DNA of 64,000 bases, from assembly GCA_963666565.1 (NCBI GenBank), contig OY762911.1:4448001-4512000 (forward strand), in the 5' to 3' direction. This DNA comes from Thermoanaerobaculia bacterium (lineage in GTDB: Bacteria > Acidobacteriota > Thermoanaerobaculia > Multivoradales > Multivoraceae). Below the pieces are notes generated by a model, which saw only the letters and a program-made list of their open reading frames with translations, searched no databases and had not been told where the DNA came from. Positions within the stretch are counted from its first letter, which is position 1; the number at the start of each line of letters is the position of its first letter. This document shows positions 55,822-64,000 of the stretch, piece by piece. The translations under genes were made by a program, and so were the position numbers.

Positions 55822-57162
55822 ATGAGCTTCAGAACTCGCGGTCGGACCATCGGTCTGGGTTCGGCCCTGGGACTCACCTTGCTGCTGGCGCTGCTCGGCG
55901 CCGCGCCGGCGGCAGCGCAGGAGGGCGTGGACAGCGGCGACACGGCATGGATGCTGACCGCCAGCGCCCTCGTGCTGCTGATGACGCCGGGACTGGCGTT
56001 CTTCTACGGCGGGCTGGTCCGGCGCAAGAACGTCCTCTCGATCCTCATGCAGTGCTTCCTCTGCATGGGCCTGATGACGGTGCTCTGGGTCGTCGTCGGC
56101 TTCAGCCTGGCCTTCGGTTCCGACGCCCTCGGCGGCGTGATCGGCGGCGGCGACTACCTCCTGCTGGCCAACCTGGGCTACGACGCCTGGGACGGCACCG
56201 GCATTCCGGCGCCCCTGTTCATGATCTTCCAGGGCATGTTCGCGATCATCACGCCCGCCCTCATGATCGGCGCCTTCGCCGAGCGGATGAAGTTCAGTGC
56301 CATCTGCCTGTTCATGAGCGCCTGGCTGCTCGTGGTCTACGCGCCGGTCTGCCACTGGGTCTGGGGCGGCTCGGAGGGCTTCTTCGGCCTCGGCGGCGAC
56401 GGCGCGCTCGACTTCGCGGGCGGCACCGTGGTTCACATCAACGCGGGCGTCTCGGCTCTCGTCGCGGCGATGGTGCTGGGCAGGCGCAAGGGCTACCCCG
56501 ACCACGCCTCGCCCCCGCACAACCTGCCGTTCGCCGTGCTCGGCACCGGCCTGCTCTGGTTCGGCTGGTTCGGCTTCAACGCAGGCAGCGCGGTGGCCGC
56601 CAACGGTTCGGCCGCCAACGCCTTCGTCGTCACCCAGGTGGCCACGGCCACGGCCGCCGCGGCCTGGGGCCTGATCGACTGGATCCGCGACTCGAAGCCG
56701 ACGCTTCTGGGCGTCATCACCGGCGCCGTCGCGGGGCTCGTGGCGATCACGCCGGCCTGCGGCTCGGTCAGCGCCATCGGCGCCATCGGCGTCGGGGCGG
56801 GCGCGTCCGTCTTCGCCTACCTGGCGGTGACCTGGCTCAAGTCGAAGCTGGGCTACGACGACTCACTGGACGTCTTCGGCGTTCACGGCGTCGCCGGCAT
56901 GTGGGGCGCGGTCGCGGCCGGGCTCTGGGCCACGGCCGCGGTGCCCGGCAACGACACGGACGGCCTGTTCTACGGCAATGCCGCGCAGGTGGCCATCCAG
57001 CTCAAGGCGGTCGTCTACACCATCGTCTGGGCGGCGGTCGTGTCCTTCGTTCTGCTCAAGGTGATCGACCTGATCGTCGGACTCCGCGTCAGCGACGACG
57101 AAGAGCGGATCGGCCTCGATCTCACCGACCACCGCGAAAATGCCTACACCCTGGTCGACTAG
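55822..57162 (+). CDS. amtB: Ammonium transporter
   Basis: LMTPGLAFFYGG, DFAGGTVVH, WFGWFGFNAGS and DDSLDVFGVHG motifs. Confidence 0.97.
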   Translation: MSFRTRGRTIGLGSALGLTLLLALLGAAPAAAQEGVDSGDTAWMLTASALVLLMTPGLAFFYGGLVRRKNVLSILMQCFLCMGLMTVLWVVVGFSLAFGSDALGGVIGGGDYLLLANLGYDAWDGTGIPAPLFMIFQGMFAIITPALMIGAFAERMKFSAICLFMSAWLLVVYAPVCHWVWGGSEGFFGLGGDGALDFAGGTVVHINAGVSALVAAMVLGRRKGYPDHASPPHNLPFAVLGTGLLWFGWFGFNAGSAVAANGSAANAFVVTQVATATAAAAWGLIDWIRDSKPTLLGVITGAVAGLVAITPACGSVSAIGAIGVGAGASVFAYLAVTWLKSKLGYDDSLDVFGVHGVAGMWGAVAAGLWATAAVPGNDTDGLFYGNAAQVAIQLKAVVYTIVWAAVVSFVLLKVIDLIVGLRVSDDEERIGLDLTDHRENAYTLVD

Positions 57163-57180
57163 GGCAGAAGGAGGAATGAC

Positions 57181-57522
57181 ATGAAGTACATCGTGGCAAT
57201 CGTTCAGCCCGACCGGATGCAGGAGGTTCTCGACCTCCTGGAAGAGAAGGAGATCCACCTGCTGACCGTCTCCAACGTGATGGGGCGCGGCCGCCAGCGC
57301 GGTGTCGCCGAGGTCTACCGCGGCCACAAGGAAGCCGGCGCCCTGCTGCGCAAGCTGAAGCTCGAGATCGCGGTCAACGACGACTACGTCGACGTCGTGA
57401 TCGACGCGATCACGCGGGGCGCGAAGACCGGCAACGTCGGAGACGGCAAGATCTTCGTCCTGCCGCTCGAAGAGACGATCCGGATCCGCACCGGAGAGAC
57501 CGGAGGCGTCGCGATCGGCTAG
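57181..57522 (+). CDS. glnK: P-II nitrogen regulator
   Basis: GRGRQRG and TGNVGDGKIFV..L...IRIRTGE motifs; follows amtB. Confidence 0.92.
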   Translation: MKYIVAIVQPDRMQEVLDLLEEKEIHLLTVSNVMGRGRQRGVAEVYRGHKEAGALLRKLKLEIAVNDDYVDVVIDAITRGAKTGNVGDGKIFVLPLEETIRIRTGETGGVAIG

Positions 57523-57576
57523 GAGCGTTGACAGCGGTTCCGCTGCGCTGTCGCGCAGGGAACAGGGTCGCCCACC

Positions 57577-57645
57577 GGGTGCGCCGGCGTCCCCGCCGGC
57601 TGCCGCCGAAGGCGGCCAGGAAACCTTGCCGGCCAACGGCCGGCG
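57577..57645 (+). repeat. REP family A copy (variant hairpin)
   Basis: GGGTGCGCCGGCGTCCCCGCCGGCTGCCGCCGAAGGCGGCC. Confidence 0.75.
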
Positions 57646-57658
57646 ACCGCAACCCAAG

Positions 57659-57691
57659 CGCGCCGGGGGCCTCGGTCCCCGGCGCGTTCTT
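57659..57691. terminator. Hairpin between convergent glnK and glnE (probable terminator)
   Basis: CGCGCCGGGG...CCCCGGCGCG stem followed by TTCTT. Confidence 0.55.
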
Positions 57692-60600
57692 CATTCCAGG
57701 CCGTCGAACAGCCGCTCCAGGTCGCCCATCCGCTCGGCGATCAGGTCCCAGGCGCCCTCTTCGTCGGGCAACTGCCCCAGTCCGTGCAGCCGCCGCGCCA
57801 GGAACCGGAACTCGCTGGTCCGGCGATCCGGGATCACCAGGTCCTTGCTGTGGCCGCGGACGATCCGCAGGCAGTTGATCACCGCCCGCAGCAGCCGGTA
57901 GCCCGCCTCGACCCGCTCGAACTCCTCGCGGGAGACGTGGCCGCGGTCGTGCAACGCATGGATCGCGTCCTGGGTGTTCGTCTGGCGTACCTCCGGATCC
58001 TCCGCACCGGCCGCGATCTGCTTCACCTGGACGAAGTACTCGGCGTCCAGCAGGCCGCCGGCGCTGAACTTCGCGTTCGTCGTGCCGCGCGCCACCAGCT
58101 CCGATCGCTGACGGTTCCGCAGGTGGCGGATGCGGGCCAGGTCGTGGGGCCGCGGGTCGAAGACGTAGTCCGCCCGGTGCGCCTCGACGCGGGCGCGCAG
58201 ATCCGGATCGCCCGCGACCGTCCGCAGCCTCACCAGCGCCTGGCGCTCGTAAGGGTCGGCCTCGCCGTCGAAGCTGTAGTACGAGGCGAAGCGCTGGAAC
58301 GACGCCGCCAGGGGCGCCGACGAGCCGCCCGGACGCAGGCGCCAGTCCAGTTCGAAGATGCCGTCCCGCTTCGCCCGGATCAGCCGCGCCAGCCGGACCG
58401 CGGCGCGTTCGTGGAACTCGCCGGCGCCGGCCTGATCCGACCCGCCGGCGTCCCACACGAACATCAGCTCGATGTCCGAGGCGTAGCCGAGGTCGCGGCC
58501 GCCCCACTTGCCGAGCGCGCAGAGGCACCAGCCGCCGGGCGCCGCCTCGCCGCCGGCGACCTCGGCGACCGCCTCTTCGGCGGCCCGCGTCAGCACCACG
58601 TCGGAGAGCGTCGAGAGCTCGGCGCCGAAGTCGCTGAAGTGCTCGATCCGGCGCACCAGGTGCCGCATGTCGATCCGTCCGATCTCGTCGTCCTTGAACC
58701 GGTTGAGGGCGTCGTCGGGCCGCTCTTCGCCTTCGAGCGCGGCGTCCAGCCGGCGTTCCAGGTCCTCCCGGCCGGCGCCGAGATCGAGGTCCGCCACGTT
58801 CGCCAGGAGCGGCATCAGGTTCTCGTGCTGCCGGCGCAGGAACTCCTCCCAGAGGTACGTCCCGGCGCCGAGCACGCGCGCCAGTTCGTCGAGCGACGAG
58901 GTCAGGGCCTGGGTCGGGTCGGACACCTGCTCGCAGGCGGCGTCGATCAGGGCGCCGAACTGCCGCAGCGCCAGGTGCGGGTTCGGCGCGACGGCGAGCC
59001 GGCGCGCGAACTGCTTCATCAGGGTCACGGTCAGGCGCAGATTGTCGACGCCGAGCCGGTCCTCGATCTTCCCGCCCCGCCTGGTGGTCACGAACAGCCG
59101 GTCGCGCACCTCGCCGTCGACCGTGTCGAACTCCACCTTGTCGATCCAGTAGTCGCGGGTGGCGAGGACGTTGGCGAACTCGAACAGGAACATGAAGCTG
59201 TCGGGGCTGCGAATCTCCAGGATGGTGCAGCTCTCGTCCGACTCGTTGTCGACCGAGATGGAGATGGGCGGCAGGACCTCGTCCGCCTCGGCGTCCAGCT
59301 TCATCCGGCGGACCGCTTCCATGACGCGCAGCGTCACTTCCTCGTTGGCGCGGCGTTCCTCGCCCTTCTCGAGCAGGGCCAGCAGGCGGTTCAGTTCGCG
59401 CTCGAAGTCGACCCAGGAGGTGACCTCGTGGCGCCCGGCCGCCGCCGGCTGCACGTCCGCGGAGCAGACGATCCGGGTCGGTCCCTGCCGCGGCGGCCGC
59501 GGCGCCTCGGCCGGCTGCCGGTTGCGCCGGCGCTTGCGGCCGGGTCGCCGGCGCCGGGACCGCCGGGGCCGCCGGTAGATCTCCAGGTTGGCGACGTCGT
59601 GGTACGTGTAGGAACGGCCGCTCAGGATCGACTGGCCGTAGGCGGCGAGCAGGCCGCAGATCTTCGCGAACTCGCCCTGGTAGTCGTTGGCGACCACCGT
59701 CACGCGCCGCGTCGAGCCGACGTGGCGCACGTCCACCCGGCAGAGCCGCTCGCCGTCCAGCTCGTGGATCATCTTCACGTGCCGCGCCACCTCCTCGACC
59801 GGGAAGCTGAGGAAGTAGGCGCTCTCAAGCCGGCGAAAGTGCTCGTCGATGACCTCGGACGGCACGTCCGGGCAGAGCTCGCGGACCCGGTGCTTGCGCT
59901 CCAGGAAGTCGATCGTCTCGTCGAAGAACTCGCCGAAGATGCGCCGCACGACGGCCGCGGTCTCCTCGTAGCGCGCCGCCAGGTCGAGCGTGCTCAGAGG
60001 CTGCCGCAGGGCGAAGGCGACCCGCCACTGGAAGGTCGCCCACTGCTTCGGCTCGCGCGGAAGCTGCCGCACCGGGAGATCGCGCTCCAACTGGAGCACG
60101 TGCTCAACCACCCGCAGGAAGACGTACGCCTCGCGCAGGCGGTCGTGCTCGTCCCGGGTGATGACCCGGTGCGCCAGCAGCCGCGACATGGCCCGCAGCG
60201 TGTTCGGCGAGCGCAGGCTCGCGTTCGCCGCGCCGTGGTAGAGCTGCAGCAACTGGACGACGAACTCGATGTCGCGGATGCTGCCGGCCCCCAGCTTGAC
60301 GTTGCCGACCTCCGTGCCGCTTGTGCGAAGCGACTTCTCGATCATCCGCTTCATCTCGAAGACTTCACGCAGGAGGGTCTCCGGCGGCCGGTCCGGGTTG
60401 AAGACGAAGCGGCGCGTGCCGTCGATCAGCGCCTTCGCCGCCGCCTCGTCGCCGCCGGCGAAGCGTGCCTTGATCAGCGCCTGGAAGGTCCAGTTCATCC
60501 CGTAGCGCTCGTAGAAGCGCAGGTACTGGCCGACCGTGCGCACCAGCGGCCCCATCTTCCCCTCGGGCCGCAGCCGCATGTCGACGCGGAACACGAAGCC

Positions 60601-61173
60601 GTCCGCCGTGTTGTCCGAAATGAGGCGGATGAACCGCGGCGCCCGCCGCTGGAGGCGGTGCAGGGCCTCCTGGTCGACGTCGTCCGATGCGACGAAGAGC
60701 GCGTCGATGTCCGAGCTGTAGTTGACCTCCAGGCCGCCCCACTTGCCCATCGCGATGACCGCGAACGGTTCCCGGTCGAGCCCGGTGGCCTCGAGCGCGC
60801 GCTGGACGCAGACATCGGCGACGCGGGAGATCTTCTCGACCGTGGCGGCGAAGTCGTCGAGGCCGCTGAAGTCGGCGGCCGCGACCCGGATCAGCTCCCG
60901 GTAGCGCAGTACACGCAGCCAGCGCCGGATGTCCTCGTTCGGCCCGGGCCGCAGCGCCGCCATGCGCTCGTACTGCTCGTCGGCCGACTCCCGCTCGACC
61001 GGGAACAGCCCTTCCTCCGCCTCCGGGTGCGCGTCGAGCCAGCGCGTGTAGGCCGGCGCGTACTCACGCAGGATGTCGCGCTGCGAGAGGGCGAGCGTCT
61101 CCCGAGGATCCTCCGCGTCCTCGATGTCCATGGCCGCGAAGGCCTCGATCGCGTCTTCAAGGCGGGAGTTCAC
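57691..61173 (-). CDS. glnE: Glutamine synthetase adenylyltransferase with internal GlnD-like ACT domains
   Basis: Two nucleotidyltransferase domains (MGKWGG.EVNYSSDID and LGKWGG.DLGYASDIE); RVDMRLRPEG; an ACT-like middle region. Confidence 0.9.
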   Translation of the reverse strand: MNSRLEDAIEAFAAMDIEDAEDPRETLALSQRDILREYAPAYTRWLDAHPEAEEGLFPVERESADEQYERMAALRPGPNEDIRRWLRVLRYRELIRVAAADFSGLDDFAATVEKISRVADVCVQRALEATGLDREPFAVIAMGKWGGLEVNYSSDIDALFVASDDVDQEALHRLQRRAPRFIRLISDNTADGFVFRVDMRLRPEGKMGPLVRTVGQYLRFYERYGMNWTFQALIKARFAGGDEAAAKALIDGTRRFVFNPDRPPETLLREVFEMKRMIEKSLRTSGTEVGNVKLGAGSIRDIEFVVQLLQLYHGAANASLRSPNTLRAMSRLLAHRVITRDEHDRLREAYVFLRVVEHVLQLERDLPVRQLPREPKQWATFQWRVAFALRQPLSTLDLAARYEETAAVVRRIFGEFFDETIDFLERKHRVRELCPDVPSEVIDEHFRRLESAYFLSFPVEEVARHVKMIHELDGERLCRVDVRHVGSTRRVTVVANDYQGEFAKICGLLAAYGQSILSGRSYTYHDVANLEIYRRPRRSRRRRPGRKRRRNRQPAEAPRPPRQGPTRIVCSADVQPAAAGRHEVTSWVDFERELNRLLALLEKGEERRANEEVTLRVMEAVRRMKLDAEADEVLPPISISVDNESDESCTILEIRSPDSFMFLFEFANVLATRDYWIDKVEFDTVDGEVRDRLFVTTRRGGKIEDRLGVDNLRLTVTLMKQFARRLAVAPNPHLALRQFGALIDAACEQVSDPTQALTSSLDELARVLGAGTYLWEEFLRRQHENLMPLLANVADLDLGAGREDLERRLDAALEGEERPDDALNRFKDDEIGRIDMRHLVRRIEHFSDFGAELSTLSDVVLTRAAEEAVAEVAGGEAAPGGWCLCALGKWGGRDLGYASDIELMFVWDAGGSDQAGAGEFHERAAVRLARLIRAKRDGIFELDWRLRPGGSSAPLAASFQRFASYYSFDGEADPYERQALVRLRTVAGDPDLRARVEAHRADYVFDPRPHDLARIRHLRNRQRSELVARGTTNAKFSAGGLLDAEYFVQVKQIAAGAEDPEVRQTNTQDAIHALHDRGHVSREEFERVEAGYRLLRAVINCLRIVRGHSKDLVIPDRRTSEFRFLARRLHGLGQLPDEEGAWDLIAERMGDLERLFDGLE

Positions 61174-61265
61174 GGCGGCGCCTCCTCTTTGCCGGTCCGC
61201 CGACGGCGGCGGCGAAGAGAGGATGCTAGCGGACGTGTATGCCGACGGTAACCGCGCCGCCTCCC

Positions 61266-61685
61266 TTACAGCGGTTCCCAGGGGCTGACGACATCGACGC
61301 CCAGAGCGCGGAAGTCCGCCACGTCTCTTGTCGCGACCACGAGATCGTGAACGGCCGCCGTTCCGGCGATCAGCGCGTCCGTCGGACTTGCGGTATGGCC
61401 CGACCTGCGAGCCCGTGCGCGCAGCTTGGCACCCTGCGTGGCCTCACGGCCGCCGACGGCGATCATGCGGTCCTCATGCTCCGCCTGGATCGCAGACAGG
61501 TACTTGCCCAACTGCCGCCTGCGCCGTCCCGGCCGCATCAGTTCCAGGCCGAAGTCCATCTCGTGGATCACGATCGCCGAAAGCCAAAGAGCCTGGCCTG
61601 AGTTCATGAACGCGACGACCTGCAGGTCGGGGGCGGGCCTGACGACTTCGGAGACGACGTTCGTGTCGAGGAGGAACCCTCTCAC
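61266..61685 (-). CDS. vapC: VapC/PIN toxin
   Basis: FLLDTNVVSE, TDALIAGTA and ATRDVADF motifs; GTGA coupling to the antitoxin. Confidence 0.92.
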   Translation of the reverse strand: MRGFLLDTNVVSEVVRPAPDLQVVAFMNSGQALWLSAIVIHEMDFGLELMRPGRRRRQLGKYLSAIQAEHEDRMIAVGGREATQGAKLRARARRSGHTASPTDALIAGTAAVHDLVVATRDVADFRALGVDVVSPWEPL

Positions 61686-61987
61686 TCCCAGTCCTCCCAG
61701 TTCCACTCGTCCCCCTGGAAGGGGATCTCGCGCTCCGGCTCCTCCTTCCGATCCGGCAACTCCAATTCGATCCCGCGAGGTGCATTCTCGACCAGCCACT
61801 GTCCCAACGGCATCTTCGGCTTCTCCCGCAGTTCCCACTCCCGCCTCGGCACCACGACGAAGGTGTTGCGCTTGCCGATCCGCTGAGGCCCTTCCTCCTC
61901 GGCCAGACGGAGGATCTCCGACAGGCGCGCCTTCGCCTCGGCGATGGTCCAGGTTCGTTCTCGTTCGGATGCGGAAGCGACGGTCAT
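61682..61987 (-). CDS. Phd/YefM antitoxin
   Basis: WTIAEAKARLSEILRLA..EGPQRI; AAGGAG RBS. Confidence 0.88.
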   Translation of the reverse strand: MTVASASERERTWTIAEAKARLSEILRLAEEEGPQRIGKRNTFVVVPRREWELREKPKMPLGQWLVENAPRGIELELPDRKEEPEREIPFQGDEWNWEDWE

Positions 61988-62014
61988 GCGAAGCTCCTTG
62001 GGGCGGCTCGCCAT

Positions 62015-62035
62015 TGTGGTCCAACATAGACCACA
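62015..62035. promoter_or_regulatory. Probable toxin-antitoxin operator
   Basis: TGTGGTC-N7-GACCACA inverted repeat upstream of the antitoxin. Confidence 0.55.
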
Positions 62036-62098
62036 TCGAGGCAGGCGTCAACCGTTCACCCGGCGATAGGGTTCCCGGACACTGTCAGGAGAACCGCC

Positions 62099-64000
62099 AT
62101 GAGAACGACCGCCCGCATCGCCAGCCACGCCGCCCTGCTCGCGCTCGCCGCTTCCGCGACGGCGCAGGTTGGCGGAGGCCCTGGCGACGCTCATGTACCT
62201 GCCGGAGGCGGCTACCTCACTCCGCCGCGGGAGATCGTCGACATCCTCGACGCGCCGCCGACTCCCGGCGTGCTGGTGAGCCCGAACCGGGACGTCGTCG
62301 TGCTGACGGAGCGGCGAGCCATGCCGCCGATCTCCTGGCAGGCGCGGCCGCTGGAGCGTCTGGCGGGCTACCGGATCGACCCGCGGAACAGCGGACCGTG
62401 GCGGGCGCCGGAAACCGCGGCGCTGACCGTTCGCCGGCTGGACGGCAACGCGGACGACGCCGGCGTCCGGATCGACGCGCCCCGCGGCACGACGCTCGGC
62501 TGGCCGCGGTTCTCGCCGGACGGCTCGCATCTCGCCTATGCCGTCCTCCGCGACACGGGGATCGAGCTCTGGGTCGTCGACGTCGTGAGCGGCAAGGCGA
62601 AAGCGCTGACCTCGGCTTCGCTCAACGCCACCTGGGGCGCCCCGTGCGCGTGGCTGTTCGATTCGAGCGGCGTGCTGTGCCGCTTCCGGGCGCCGGCCAG
62701 GGGCGCGCCGCCTTCGCCGCCGCGGCAGCCCGACGGACCCAACGTCCAGGAGCACGACGGGCGGCTGTCGCCGGTGCGCACCTACCAGGACCTGCTCGCC
62801 AATCCGCACGACGAGGCGCTGTTCGAGTATCACTTCACGAGCCGGATCGAGACGGTCGATCTCGCCACCGGATCGAGGATCGCCATCGGCGAGCCGGGGC
62901 TCTACGCCGGCGTCTCGGGCGCTCCCGACAGCCGGCACGTGCTCGTGCAGCGGCTCGAGCGGCCCTTCTCCTGGCTTCACCCGGCGAGCCGCTTCCCGCG
63001 CTCGGTCGAGGTGTGGGACCGGGACGGCGGCAAGGTCGCGACGGTGGCGACCCTGCCGCTGGCCGACGCCGTGCCGATCGGCGGCGTTCCTACCGGGCCG
63101 CGAGGTCACCGCTGGAATCCCGCGGCGCCCGCCACGCTGGTCTGGAGCGAGGCGCGGGACGGCGGCGACCCGAAGGCCGAGGTCCCGCACCGCGACCACG
63201 TGTTCGCGCTCGACGCGCCGTTCGACGGCGAGCCGTGGGAACTGACGCGCACGGAGTACCGGTTCTCCGGAATCGCCTGGACGTCCGACGGCACGGCCCT
63301 GGTCAACGAGTTCGACCGGGAGACGCGCTGGACCCGCACGTCGCTGCTCGATGTCGGCGGCGACGAGCCGAGGACGCTCTTCGACCGCAGCGCCGAGGAC
63401 CGCTACGGCGATCCGGGCTTCCCGTGGCGCCGGCCGGGCGGCGGCGCGGCTGGCGCGACGATCTTGCAGGACGGCGATTCCATCTACCTGATCGGCCGGG
63501 GCGCCTCGCCCGAAGGCGACCTGCCCTTCGTCGACCGGCTGAACCTCGGCACGCTCGCGACGGAGCGGCTGTTCCGCAGCGAATCCGGGACCTACGAAAC
63601 GGCCGTCGCCGTGCTTGCAGCGGACGGCGGCTCGCTCCTGACCCGCCGCGAGAGCGCCACCGAGCCGCCCAACTACTTCACCACCGACGCCTCCACCGGC
63701 GACCGGCACGCCCTGACCGACTTCAGCGACCCGGCGCCGATCCTCCGTCAGGTCGAGAAGCGGCTGCTGACCTACGAACGGGCGGACGGCGTCGGCCTGT
63801 CGGCGACCCTCTACCTGCCGCCCGGCTACCGGGAGGGCGACCGGCCGCCGATGCTGCTCTGGGCCTATCCCCGCGAGTTCACCAACGTCGACGCGGCGAG
63901 CCAGGTGACCGGCTCCCCGCACCGCTTCACCACCCTGCGCGGCGCGTCCCACCTGCTCCTGCTGACCCAGGGCTACGCCATCCTCGACGGGCCGGCGATG
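62099..64000 (+). CDS. S9 family (prolyl oligopeptidase-like) peptidase, 3' partial; absent from the ORF track
   Basis: AGGAG RBS and ATG 62099; MRTTARIASHAALLALAASATA signal, YLTPPREIVDILDAPPTP, and near the window end LSATLYLPPGY...LLWAYPREF. Confidence 0.9.
   Translation, partial: MRTTARIASHAALLALAASATAQVGGGPGDAHVPAGGGYLTPPREIVDILDAPPTPGVLVSPNRDVVVLTERRAMPPISWQARPLERLAGYRIDPRNSGPWRAPETAALTVRRLDGNADDAGVRIDAPRGTTLGWPRFSPDGSHLAYAVLRDTGIELWVVDVVSGKAKALTSASLNATWGAPCAWLFDSSGVLCRFRAPARGAPPSPPRQPDGPNVQEHDGRLSPVRTYQDLLANPHDEALFEYHFTSRIETVDLATGSRIAIGEPGLYAGVSGAPDSRHVLVQRLERPFSWLHPASRFPRSVEVWDRDGGKVATVATLPLADAVPIGGVPTGPRGHRWNPAAPATLVWSEARDGGDPKAEVPHRDHVFALDAPFDGEPWELTRTEYRFSGIAWTSDGTALVNEFDRETRWTRTSLLDVGGDEPRTLFDRSAEDRYGDPGFPWRRPGGGAAGATILQDGDSIYLIGRGASPEGDLPFVDRLNLGTLATERLFRSESGTYETAVAVLAADGGSLLTRRESATEPPNYFTTDASTGDRHALTDFSDPAPILRQVEKRLLTYERADGVGLSATLYLPPGYREGDRPPMLLWAYPREFTNVDAASQVTGSPHRFTTLRGASHLLLLTQGYAILDGPAM

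Noticed and set aside
57784-61251. 1155-aa plus-strand ORF
   Set aside because: Antisense shadow of glnE.
62048-63952. 634-aa minus-strand ORF
   Set aside because: Antisense shadow of the plus-strand S9 peptidase that runs off the window.
1-64000. tRNA, rRNA or prophage genes
   Set aside because: No recognisable cloverleaf, rRNA or phage structural signatures by eye; tRNAscan and Infernal were not run.

Overview
64 kb of very GC-rich bacterial chromosome. Gene content suggests an Acidobacteriota-like heterotroph, possibly host- or sponge-associated (inference). About 50 real CDSs are buried among many antisense shadow ORFs. They include catabolic oxidoreductases and hydrolases, trkAH, a split aconitase X, amtB-glnK with an unusual ACT-containing GlnE, a copper amine oxidase, two type II toxin-antitoxin loci (one with an amber-interrupted antitoxin), a type II restriction-modification pair and a 5'-truncated DUF222/HNH gene. 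I found no rRNA, tRNA or CRISPR array. Four signals stand out. (1) A ~1.87 kb IS-like element (~35696-37563) encodes a 533-aa protein lacking DDE, HUH and recombinase motifs but carrying a Rep_trans-like K-x-Y-x-K...R-x-E motif and a winged helix. It has a highly structured leader, a 19-bp long-range stem enclosing the ORF, and CAAG-N3/4-CTA junctions at both ends. (2) Three ~177-bp dispersed elements have outer stems that differ in sequence but still pair, while the loop keeps motifs resembling the ColE1 primosome assembly site. (3) A REP/REPIN family is present, with one copy inserted in frame inside an alcohol dehydrogenase gene. (4) A haem c-fused PHM-like copper monooxygenase and a PAL-like NHL protein resemble the two halves of eukaryotic peptide amidation. 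All protein calls come from motif recognition by eye; no searches were run.
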